Position numbers and translations under genes: made by a program. A DNA stretch of 24,000 nucleotides from Chloroflexia bacterium (GTDB lineage Bacteria > Chloroflexota > Chloroflexia > Chloroheliales > Chloroheliaceae), in the NCBI GenBank assembly GCA_038245615.1, contig JBBRSG010000081.1, forward strand, positions 1,069 to 25,068, read 5' to 3'. Of this stretch, positions 8,373 through 15,962 are shown piece by piece (positions within the stretch are counted from its first letter, which is position 1; every line of letters begins with the position of its first letter). The notes beneath the pieces were generated by a model. That model made no database searches and was not told the DNA's origin. It was given only the letters and a program-made list of their open reading frames with translations.

Positions 8373-8419
8373 ATTAAATATTTGGAAAATTTACGCAGTA
8401 AATTTTCCAAATATTTAAT
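8373..8419 (+). terminator. AT-rich perfect hairpin (21-bp stem, CGCAG loop) followed by a T-run; probable intrinsic terminator of the ABC operon
   Basis: Left arm 8373-8393, loop 8394-8398 (CGCAG), right arm 8399-8419, then TTTTTT. Paralogous to the hairpin at 15844-15886. Confidence 0.6.
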
Positions 8420-8457
8420 TTTTTCCGGGCTTTAGCCCATCTCATAGAAAGACGCAA

Positions 8458-9318
8458 ATGACATCAGTAGTTAGTGGTGCAAGCGAACAATCGAAGGTTC
8501 AAGCAGCTTACAAAGGAGCGGCGGCGGTCTATCAAAATACCGTCATTGCCGATTATCAGCGGGCCAGTGTCCGGCATATTTTGGCGGATTTGTATCCTAC
8601 CCCGGCCTCCGGGGATAGGGTATTGGATTTAGGCTGTGGGACAGGCATCGGTCTGTTGGTCTTGCGCGAATTGTACCCCCAGTTAGGCCAATCGGTTGGC
8701 CTGGATTTGTCGGCCCAGATGCTCGAAACTGCTCAGGCTGAAACCGTCCAAAGTGCAAATGCCGCCAACCCGATAAGCTGGCTACAGGGTAACGCCCAAA
8801 CTCTCCCCTTTGCCGAAAATAGCTTTGACTTACTTATCAGCCACAATGCGTTCCACTGGTTTCCTGACCGGGGATTGGCCTTGCAAGAAATTCGGCGGGT
8901 CTTGAAACCGACTGGTCGCATGGCCTTGCTTTTCGAGGGGCAGACGGCGCGGAAATATTCCTTGAACGTGCGCCGTCGGGTGTTAGAACGTCATGGGTTG
9001 CAAGCTCCTTCCGGCTTTGGCAATTCCGCCGCACCGGGCGAAGCCTGGAATTCGCTGGCCGGAGTTGAAAAGCTGGTAGAGGAAGCCGGGTTGGAAATTA
9101 TAGATTTGTGGGGACGGCAGAGCTATTATTATCTGCCTGTCGGGATTATAGTGCAGCAATTCCGCTCGACGGCGGCTTACTGGCAGGCCGGGTTGCCCGA
9201 AGACAAAGTGACCCAAATTCTGACTGAAATGGAGGCCGAACTCACGGCAATGGCAACCCAACGCGGCTTCCGGGAAGTACTTTACCCAATAAATGTGATA
9301 GCCCGAAAGAAATCTTAA
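8458..9318 (+). CDS. Class I SAM-dependent methyltransferase (Methyltransf_11-like)
   Basis: Motif I VLDLGCGTGIG, acidic loop GLDLS, LKPTGRMALLF. Confidence 0.85.
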   Translation: MTSVVSGASEQSKVQAAYKGAAAVYQNTVIADYQRASVRHILADLYPTPASGDRVLDLGCGTGIGLLVLRELYPQLGQSVGLDLSAQMLETAQAETVQSANAANPISWLQGNAQTLPFAENSFDLLISHNAFHWFPDRGLALQEIRRVLKPTGRMALLFEGQTARKYSLNVRRRVLERHGLQAPSGFGNSAAPGEAWNSLAGVEKLVEEAGLEIIDLWGRQSYYYLPVGIIVQQFRSTAAYWQAGLPEDKVTQILTEMEAELTAMATQRGFREVLYPINVIARKKS

Positions 9319-9325
9319 AGTATAT

Positions 9326-9649
9326 TTAATGGCTTGTTTCCATCAGTTGCAGTCCGATTACGCCCATCACTATGAAGGCGATTGAAAGCAATCTGCCGAT
9401 GTGGGCCGACTCGCCTAAGAGGATAATTCCCAAAATTGCAGTTCCGACCGCGCCGATGCCAGTCCAGACCGGGTAAACCGTCCCAATCGGCAGGTTTTTC
9501 AGGGCAAGAGATAGCAGGCCAAAGCTTAAAGCGGCGGCCACCAAAAACCCCAGGCTGGGCCATAGTTGGCTAAATTCTTTGCTACTTTTCAAACTGAGGG
9601 CCATTATAACTTCGGCTAATCCAGCTACAATTAAATAAATCCAGGCCAT
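9326..9649 (-). CDS. sugE: SMR-family small multidrug/guanidinium exporter (SugE/Gdx-like)
   Basis: 107 aa with 4 TM helices and the essential membrane Glu in AGLAEV. Colinear from memory with E. coli SugE (MSWIILVIAGLLEV..., VWTGIGAVG..., LLGES...). AAGGAG lies 7 nt upstream of the ATG. Confidence 0.9.
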   Translation of the reverse strand: MAWIYLIVAGLAEVIMALSLKSSKEFSQLWPSLGFLVAAALSFGLLSLALKNLPIGTVYPVWTGIGAVGTAILGIILLGESAHIGRLLSIAFIVMGVIGLQLMETSH

Positions 9650-9679
9650 ATTAAAGCTCCTTTCACTATTTCCGACCCA

Positions 9680-10234
9680 TTATTCTCGGCTCATTTCGAG
9701 CAACTTGACTAATATTTGTTCCCGCAGTTCCCCGGTGGGGGGTGCAAGCTGGAACAATTCTGCAATCCAAAGCCCGTCAGTAGCCAACCGGATGATGGTT
9801 GCTATTATTGGGTCTACCCCGGCCTGTTCGGTCTGGCGTTGCCACTCGATAAAACTTTCCTGAAACGGCTTGAGCAATTGCGGATTGTTGGCGATTGCTG
9901 CCAGCAGCGCAGCATGCGTTTCGATTGTCTCCTCCCCCATCCCTACGCTGGCCCGGATATAAGCTCGCAGCCAGCTTCCTTTTTCCGTCGGGTTTTCGAC
10001 TTGCTGCAACTGTCGTTCGATTTCACCGTTAAACTCGGTGTTCAGGTGTTCTACTAGCCCCTTAATCAGGGCCTCCTTGCTGGGAAAGTGGTAGAGTAAC
10101 CCACCTTTGCTGACCCCGGCTTGGCGGGCGACGGCTTCGAGGGTCAGATGCTCTACCCCTTCGTTGAGGATAATTTGTCCGGCGGCCTGCAACAGCCCCT
10201 GCCGGGCATTCGGTTTGTTGTTCTGTTTTCCCAT
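9680..10234 (-). CDS. TetR/AcrR-family transcriptional regulator
   Basis: TetR_N HTH LTLEAVARQAGVSKGGLLYHFPSKEALI. I place the start at the ATG at 10234 (MGKQNNK...) rather than at the ORF maximum of 10297, because a consensus promoter lies inside the longer ORF. Confidence 0.88.
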   Translation of the reverse strand: MGKQNNKPNARQGLLQAAGQIILNEGVEHLTLEAVARQAGVSKGGLLYHFPSKEALIKGLVEHLNTEFNGEIERQLQQVENPTEKGSWLRAYIRASVGMGEETIETHAALLAAIANNPQLLKPFQESFIEWQRQTEQAGVDPIIATIIRLATDGLWIAELFQLAPPTGELREQILVKLLEMSRE

Positions 10235-10240
10235 AACAGT

Positions 10241-10270
10241 AGTATACCGTCTGGACGGTATAGTTGTCAA
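10241..10270 (-). promoter_or_regulatory. Sigma70-type promoter (TTGACA-18 nt-TATACT) with an embedded 9-bp inverted-repeat operator; predicts a leaderless tetR mRNA
   Basis: The minus strand reads TTGACA (10270-10265), an 18-nt spacer, TATACT (10246-10241), then 6 nt and the ATG at 10234. The palindrome TATACCGTC-TG-GACGGTATA occupies 10243-10262. Confidence 0.55.
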
Positions 10271-10358
10271 GAGGTGAAATAAAAACAGATGACGCAATTT
10301 GCCACCTGAAATTATTGGTTTATTAATAGTTTGAAAGTGCCGTCGTTATGACCTTTTG

Positions 10359-10709
10359 TTAGCCCTCTAAATCCAGCTTGAGGGTCGGCATCAGCTTTTG
10401 GAGGTTTTGGAGCGATTTACTCTGCCAGGGAATTGTTTTTGAACCCTGGACAGTCATGGGGATATTACCCTTTTGGCGTACCTGAATCACAAATTTCGAC
10501 AGAATATTAATCCCGGAACTATTCAGAAATTGCAATTCCTTTAGGTTCAGAATGATTTCGGCGGGTTTCTGGTTGATTACATCGGTCAAAAGCTGGGCAA
10601 TCGGGGCATACTCGGCGACTCCGTTTAACCGAAAAGCGCCCTTGCAGATAATACTATTGCTCGCTTGATCATATTTTACGCTATAATCATCGGTCAAAAT
10701 GTCGGTCAT
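10359..10709 (-). CDS. STAS-like / anti-sigma-antagonist-like small protein (116 aa)
   Basis: STAS-type motif LKELQFLNSSGINILSKF (Ser codons 10515-10520). Start chosen at the ATG at 10709, with GGAGGAG upstream. Confidence 0.72.
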   Translation of the reverse strand: MTDILTDDYSVKYDQASNSIICKGAFRLNGVAEYAPIAQLLTDVINQKPAEIILNLKELQFLNSSGINILSKFVIQVRQKGNIPMTVQGSKTIPWQSKSLQNLQKLMPTLKLDLEG

Positions 10710-10779
10710 TTCTCTCCTCCACCTAAGCCAATTCAAGGCTGGTATCGCTAAATTCAGGCAAAGCAATCTGAAAACCGGG

Positions 10780-11364
10780 TCAGGTCGAAAAACCCAATCG
10801 CACCATAGTATACACTACTCCGACCTCACTTTTGCCGGGAATGGCCTCGAATTTCCAGCCTACTTTGGCCTTGTAATCGTTCATAATCGTCAATAGTCCC
10901 AATCCTGATGCTTTGCTGCTGCTTCCAGCCCTGGCGTTTTCCTCAATCCGGCGAATAAGCAACTCGCCGGGGTCGCCGCTGATTAAATCGTGAATAAACT
11001 TCTCGAAGCTGGGTAGTTTTTCGGTGGCGACGCTGTTGCAGGCCACAAAGATTAGCTCCTCGAAGCCCAACCGCACCCGCAAGCTAATTTCAAGGGCTTT
11101 ATCCTGGTTAAATTTTACGGCGTTTTCCATCAGCTCGTTGGCGATATAGCTAATCGAGTGTTTAATTTCGTGGCCGGTGGTAATATCGCGGTCACTGACT
11201 TCCTTTTCAGGAAAATAGGCCTCGAAATACTGCCCGATAAAGTCCGCCGATAGCCCGATATTACTCCACTTGACCGGTAGCGAAAGGGGCGCAAATACTA
11301 TTGTGATGTATTGCTTGGTCGTGGGCAAATCCAGTCTGTAATCCCCAAAAATCTTTTGTTCCAT
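10780..11364 (-). CDS. GHKL-type ATPase / RsbW-SpoIIAB-like serine kinase fold protein (194 aa)
   Basis: N-box-like IANELMENAVKF and G2-like SGLGLLTIMNDY. Small size and no HisKA domain. Lies immediately upstream of the STAS-like gene. Confidence 0.72.
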   Translation of the reverse strand: MEQKIFGDYRLDLPTTKQYITIVFAPLSLPVKWSNIGLSADFIGQYFEAYFPEKEVSDRDITTGHEIKHSISYIANELMENAVKFNQDKALEISLRVRLGFEELIFVACNSVATEKLPSFEKFIHDLISGDPGELLIRRIEENARAGSSSKASGLGLLTIMNDYKAKVGWKFEAIPGKSEVGVVYTMVRLGFST

Positions 11365-11420
11365 AGTAATAAATCCCGTAATAATCCTGAAAAATAGTAA
11401 CTAATCAGCCCCTGTCATTC

Positions 11421-11458
11421 TGAGCGAAGCGAAGAATCTTTATCCTTCGCTTCGCTCA
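11421..11458. other. GC-rich perfect inverted repeat (14-bp stem, 10-nt loop), with a second small hairpin at 11457-11477
   Basis: TGAGCGAAGCGAAG-aatctttatc-CTTCGCTTCGCTCA. Lies between the CoxL-like stop (11533) and the start of the next gene (11364). Neither strand has a flanking U-tract. Confidence 0.5.
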
Positions 11459-11532
11459 CACCCCATAAAGGGGCGTGACAAATTCAAGGCTGGCTGAACT
11501 CTTACGAAAAATAAATCCTGCGAATCAAAGTC

Positions 11533-13998
11533 CTACTCAAAGACAAAGGTTTTAGGCCGCTCAACCGCTTCGGGCTGACTTTCCGGTTCGAGGAAAACAG
11601 CAGGCGGATAGCGGCGCGGTTGGTCGAGATTGCCGTTTTTAGCGGCTTGCAACAGCTTCCAGATTTTTTCGGGGCGCAAGGGCATATCAATTTCGATAAT
11701 GCCGTAAGGCGCAAGCGCATCCAGCACCGCATTGACGATGCAGGGTGGCCCGCCGGTACACCCGGCCTCGCCGACCCCCTTGGCCCCTAACGGGTTGCGC
11801 GGGGAAGGAGTTTCGATTATTCCGGTAAGAATGGATGGCACTTGTTCGGCGGTAGGGACAGTATAATCCATCAGCGTGCCGGTTAGCAACTGTCCATTTT
11901 CATCGTGAACGATTTCTTCAAAGAGGGCTTGACCAATCCCCTGAGCTAACCCGCCATGTACCTGGGCTTCCGCCAGGTAGTGATTAAGCACCCGCCCGCA
12001 GTCATCTACCGCGATATAGTTTAATACCTGCACTTCGCCAGTTTCGGTGTCCAACTCGACTATCGAAAGGTGCGCCCCCGATGGAAAGGTCGGGCCTTCC
12101 GGCTGGAAATCACGCCAGGCTGCCAGCCCTTCGATAGGTACGCCATTGACCGGGTTGGGGGCTTCTCGCTCAATCAAGTCGGGTTGGGCCTCGACCCGGC
12201 GGGCCAGTTCGCCCAGGCTGATACCACGCCCCGGCACGCCTTTGACCGTGATGTTACCTTCTTCCATTACCAAATCGTCGGGGGCGGCTTCCAGAAGCTG
12301 ACCTGCTAATTTGAGGGCTTTTTCGCGGGCCGCCTGAGCCGCCAGATAGACCACCGACCCGGCAATCTGGATAGTTCGGCTGCCAAAGGTGCCTATCCCA
12401 TAAGCCGGGAGGGAACTATCGTTCATCAGGACTTCGATTCTATCGCCGGGGAGCTTAAAGACCTCGGCGGCGATTTGGGCAAAGGCCGTAAAATGGCCCT
12501 GTCCGTTGTGGGCGACCCCGCTCTGCACCAGAATTGTTCCGTCCGGGCGAATTCGTACCGTCGCGGCTTCTTTGGGTGCGCCGGGCAGAGGTACGCCGCC
12601 GTCTCCGGCAATCTCCAGATAGGTCGCCAGCCCGATACCGATTTGCTTGGGGCTGTTGGCCTCGCGGCGGGCTTGTTGTTCGGAGCGCCACCAGCGATAT
12701 TCGCCTAAATCGAGGGCCAGCTTCATAGCGGCGGCATAGTTGCCACTGTCGTAGGTAATCCCGGTCAGAGCGGTATAAGGAAAAGCGCCTGGGGCGATAA
12801 AATTGCGAACTCGCACTAACGGTGGGTCCAGGTTCAACTCGCGGGCGACCCGCTCTATCGTGCGCTCCAGGACGTAAGCCGCTTCGGGTCGCCCCGCCCC
12901 ACGATAGGCCGAGGTCGCTACTTTGTTACTCAAAGCCCCGACCACCTGACTATCTATCGCGGCAAAGCGATATGGCCCGTTCAACATCCGAAGCGTGCCG
13001 ATTGGTACAATTGCCCCCGCCCCCGCCAAAAACGCCCCCAAATCGGCGATACTCCGCACTTTGAGGCCCAATATCCGACCATCGTTTTTAACGGCGGCTT
13101 CGATATAGTTTATCTGGCCGCGTCCGTGAGCCTGGGCTTGCATATTTTCGCTGCGACCTTCAATCCACTTGACTGGCTGACCCAGCTTGAGGGCCAGCGC
13201 CGCCGCCGCGACCTCTTCCCCCATAAAACGGGCCTTTGCTCCAAAGCCGCCGCCCACCTGGACGTTGATAACTCGTATCTGACGATGTTCTAGCCCTAGA
13301 TAATGGGCTAAAATATCGCGGGAGCCATAAACTCGCTGGCTCGATACCCAGGCGGTAAACTGCTCGGTAGCCGGGTCGTAATCGAACATGCAGGCCCGGT
13401 TTTCAATCGAGGCCGGGGCGAGGCGCTGATTTACTACTCGTAGCCGAATAATTCGGTCAGCCTGCTCGAAAGCGGCCTGAATATCGCCACTGCCGGAACG
13501 CTGGACAAAGGCGATATTGCTACCCAGTTCGTCATAGAGCAAAGGGGCATTGGGGGCGAGGGCCGCTTCGGGGTCGGCGACGGTGGGCAGAAGTTCGTAA
13601 TCTACCTTGACCAGTTCACGGGCATCCTGGGCGGCATATTGGTTGGTGGCGACTACCACCGCCACCGGGTCGCCGACATAGCGGGCGCGGTCTATCGCCA
13701 GCAGTTTGCGCTCAGGTTTTTTAATACCGGGCAGGACGATGGCATCCAGGTTGGGCAGGTGTCCCACCAATTCCGCCCCGCTAAAAGCGGCTACCACCCC
13801 TGGGGCGGCCTTAGCCGCTTCCAGCTTGATGCCCCGGATGAGCGCGTGGGCGTAAGGGCTGCGGACGACTGCCATATAGAGCGGAGCGGGCCGACCTTCG
13901 GGGGCGGACAAGTCGTCCACATATCCCAATGCGCCGGTAATCAGGCCATAATCTTCTTTACGCCGTTCCAGTCCGGCGGGTATCAGGCGTTCGGTCAT
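11533..13998 (-). CDS. Xanthine dehydrogenase-family molybdopterin-binding large subunit, form-II CoxL-like
   Basis: 821 aa. N-terminal a/b-hammerhead region (YVDD..., AVVRSPYAHA) and a GGGFGAK motif. The active-site loop AYRGAGR (12889-12909) is the signature usually quoted for form-II CoxL-like proteins. Confidence 0.9.
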   Translation of the reverse strand: MTERLIPAGLERRKEDYGLITGALGYVDDLSAPEGRPAPLYMAVVRSPYAHALIRGIKLEAAKAAPGVVAAFSGAELVGHLPNLDAIVLPGIKKPERKLLAIDRARYVGDPVAVVVATNQYAAQDARELVKVDYELLPTVADPEAALAPNAPLLYDELGSNIAFVQRSGSGDIQAAFEQADRIIRLRVVNQRLAPASIENRACMFDYDPATEQFTAWVSSQRVYGSRDILAHYLGLEHRQIRVINVQVGGGFGAKARFMGEEVAAAALALKLGQPVKWIEGRSENMQAQAHGRGQINYIEAAVKNDGRILGLKVRSIADLGAFLAGAGAIVPIGTLRMLNGPYRFAAIDSQVVGALSNKVATSAYRGAGRPEAAYVLERTIERVARELNLDPPLVRVRNFIAPGAFPYTALTGITYDSGNYAAAMKLALDLGEYRWWRSEQQARREANSPKQIGIGLATYLEIAGDGGVPLPGAPKEAATVRIRPDGTILVQSGVAHNGQGHFTAFAQIAAEVFKLPGDRIEVLMNDSSLPAYGIGTFGSRTIQIAGSVVYLAAQAAREKALKLAGQLLEAAPDDLVMEEGNITVKGVPGRGISLGELARRVEAQPDLIEREAPNPVNGVPIEGLAAWRDFQPEGPTFPSGAHLSIVELDTETGEVQVLNYIAVDDCGRVLNHYLAEAQVHGGLAQGIGQALFEEIVHDENGQLLTGTLMDYTVPTAEQVPSILTGIIETPSPRNPLGAKGVGEAGCTGGPPCIVNAVLDALAPYGIIEIDMPLRPEKIWKLLQAAKNGNLDQPRRYPPAVFLEPESQPEAVERPKTFVFE

Positions 13999-14188
13999 TA
14001 TTCTAATTTCCTCTAGTAGTAAAGCGGCTTAGAGTTGCAGAAGTTCCAGCTTGCGGAACATTGTTTCAGATTGCTCAAGTCTAGCATACCCAACCGAAAC
14101 CGACAATTTTTCGCCGATTGGCTAGAGTAAATAGCTAATTTTGCCTTTATCTGGCCTGGCTTGTCATCCGGGTTAATTTTATACGGGG

Positions 14189-14674
14189 CTAACTGAGCGA
14201 CTTTAGCACTTCATCGGCGTGACCGGCGGCCTTGACCTTGCGCCAGATTTTGCCGATAGTTCCATCCGGGTTAATCAGGAAAGTGGTGCGCTCGATTCCC
14301 ATGTATTTTCTGCCGTACATATTCTTTTCTTTCCAGACACCATAGGCCATCGCAACCTCATGATTTTCGTCCGCCAGCAAAGGAAAAGGCAATTCGTATT
14401 TGGCAGCAAACTTGTCGTGGGCCTTGACGCTATCGGGGCTGATACCATAGACCAGCGCCCCGGCCTCGCTCAGTAAATCCATGTTATCGCGGAAGTTACA
14501 GGCTTCGGTGGTGCAGCCCGGCGTATCATCTTTGGGATAGAAATAGAGGATAATAGACGACGCGCCGAGTTGCTCTTTGAGGTGCAAGCTCTCGCCGCCG
14601 CTCATTGGTAGCTCGAAATCCGGGGCTTTATCGCCCTCTTTTAGGTCTAACGGCGCGGTTTCAACTTCACTCAT
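14189..14674 (-). CDS. bcp: Thioredoxin-dependent peroxiredoxin Bcp/PrxQ
   Basis: FYPKDDTPGCTTEACNF contains the peroxidatic Cys, with the resolving Cys 5 residues later. AGGAG lies 8 nt upstream. Confidence 0.92.
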   Translation of the reverse strand: MSEVETAPLDLKEGDKAPDFELPMSGGESLHLKEQLGASSIILYFYPKDDTPGCTTEACNFRDNMDLLSEAGALVYGISPDSVKAHDKFAAKYELPFPLLADENHEVAMAYGVWKEKNMYGRKYMGIERTTFLINPDGTIGKIWRKVKAAGHADEVLKSLS

Positions 14675-14821
14675 TTCAAATTCTCCTTTTTCTCAAATAA
14701 AAATAGCTTTCTGGCAATTGGCATGTTAAAATGGCTATACTTCGGGGATTAAGGTAGCAAATTATGCGGGGCGATGCAAATTTAAGCCCTGTAAACTTGG
14801 ATAAAGCTCTTTTTAAAACTT

Positions 14822-15199
14822 ATGGCAGGACAAAGCAAGATGGCGTTTATTTTAATGATAGATGATTCAGAACTGACTTTGGACTTTACCCGCATGATGC
14901 TGGAGTCGGATGGTCATACCGTTTTTACTACCACCGACCCAACCGCGTTTATGGAAGTGGCAGAACACGGTCAGCCTCGCCCGGAGCTTATCATTGTGGA
15001 CTCGGTCATGCCGGAAGTTTCCGGGCCGGAATTGATTCTGAGATTGCGGAGTCATTCTGACCCCTGGTTGGCGGCCTTGCCGATTGTGCTTGCCAGCGCC
15101 CTGGAAGACCAGACGCCTCCGGCAGAAGGGGTACTACTTTTGCCCAAGCCCTTCAGCCCGGAAGAGCTACAGCAAGCCCTGAATTTTGCCCTCGGCTGA
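14822..15199 (+). CDS. Single-domain response regulator (CheY-like receiver)
   Basis: Acidic pocket MIDDSE, phospho-acceptor in LIIVDSVMPEVSG, conserved S/T (LASA) and PKPF. The start could be 14840 instead. Confidence 0.85.
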   Translation: MAGQSKMAFILMIDDSELTLDFTRMMLESDGHTVFTTTDPTAFMEVAEHGQPRPELIIVDSVMPEVSGPELILRLRSHSDPWLAALPIVLASALEDQTPPAEGVLLLPKPFSPEELQQALNFALG

Positions 15200-15285
15200 A
15201 ACGAGCCGAACCGAGCCACCAAACGGCGCATTTATTTTAACGCTAATTTAGATTAGCCAAGTAGATTTGGGAGAGAGATTGCCTT

Positions 15286-15798
15286 ATGGCTGAACCTTTA
15301 CACGAATTTGGCCCATTGGATGAATTGAAGCCGGAGGCGATTGGCGTGCCGGGTAATCGGCGCTTTCGGATATTGTTCCGGCAAGGTCGGCGCACCGCTT
15401 GTTTCTGGATGGAAAAGCAACAATTAGGGGCGCTAGGCGATGCGATTAGCGAATTGCTGGCGCAGTTGGAAGGCGGTAACGGGGTGCCAGACCCGCCGAT
15501 TCAGGATTCTTATCCTGAGCCTTTCGAGGTCGAGGCCCAAACCGGGCGTTTGGCGCTAGGCTATAACGAAAACACCGACCTATTTTTGATGTTGCTCTTT
15601 GATATTGAAACCGAAATGGCGGCCCAGGAGAATGCCACCAGCCCGGAAGAAATCGAGACTAACGCCGCCACCATGAACCCGACTCTGCGCTGTGAGGTCA
15701 GCCGTAGCCAGCTTGAGCGGTTCTATAACGAAACCGCCCAGGTTATCCAGTCAGGTCGCCCCCCCAAACCCAGCAAAAACGGACATATGCCGTCATAA
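15286..15798 (+). CDS. DUF3090-family protein (variant lacking the C-terminal Cys cluster)
   Basis: The N-terminal pattern F..PD.....A.G.PG.R.F.L (as in FGPLDELKPEAIGVPGNRRFRILF), then ...WMEKQQLGALGDAISELL, and the C-terminal GRPP...NGH match my recollection of DUF3090/TIGR03847. Confidence 0.65.
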   Translation: MAEPLHEFGPLDELKPEAIGVPGNRRFRILFRQGRRTACFWMEKQQLGALGDAISELLAQLEGGNGVPDPPIQDSYPEPFEVEAQTGRLALGYNENTDLFLMLLFDIETEMAAQENATSPEEIETNAATMNPTLRCEVSRSQLERFYNETAQVIQSGRPPKPSKNGHMPS

Positions 15799-15843
15799 AA
15801 TAAATTGTGAGCTTCGCTTGCAAATCGCCTCAACCCCGAAAAA

Positions 15844-15886
15844 GTTATATTTGAAAAATTTACGCAGTAAATTTTTCAAATATAAC
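15844..15886. terminator. AT-rich perfect hairpin (19-bp stem, CGCAG loop) between convergent genes; probable bidirectional terminator
   Basis: Left arm 15844-15862, loop 15863-15867, right arm 15868-15886. On the minus strand a TTTTT follows. Paralog of 8373-8419. Confidence 0.6.
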
Positions 15887-15962
15887 CAAACCTGGTTTGG
15901 GGTTTGGAGTGGTTATCCTCAAAATCAGACAAAGTACCACAAGCGATAGTCCCAAACCCCCC

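Noticed and set aside
8204-8410. 68-aa minus-strand ORF in the gap after the ABC operon.
   Set aside because: It runs through the GGTCRGG repeat fragment and into the AT hairpin. It has no RBS, and the region is better explained as non-coding terminator/repeat sequence.
9650-9679. A possible guanidine riboswitch upstream of the SugE/Gdx-like gene.
   Set aside because: The gap to the upstream tetR stop is only 30 nt. That is too short for any known guanidine riboswitch class, and it contains just the SD.
12047-13064. Several 60-85-aa ORFs on both strands within the CoxL-like gene, plus 13639..14016.
   Set aside because: All are nested within or antisense to the 821-aa gene, which has clear family motifs. 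Their compositions are typical of off-frame GC-rich sequence.
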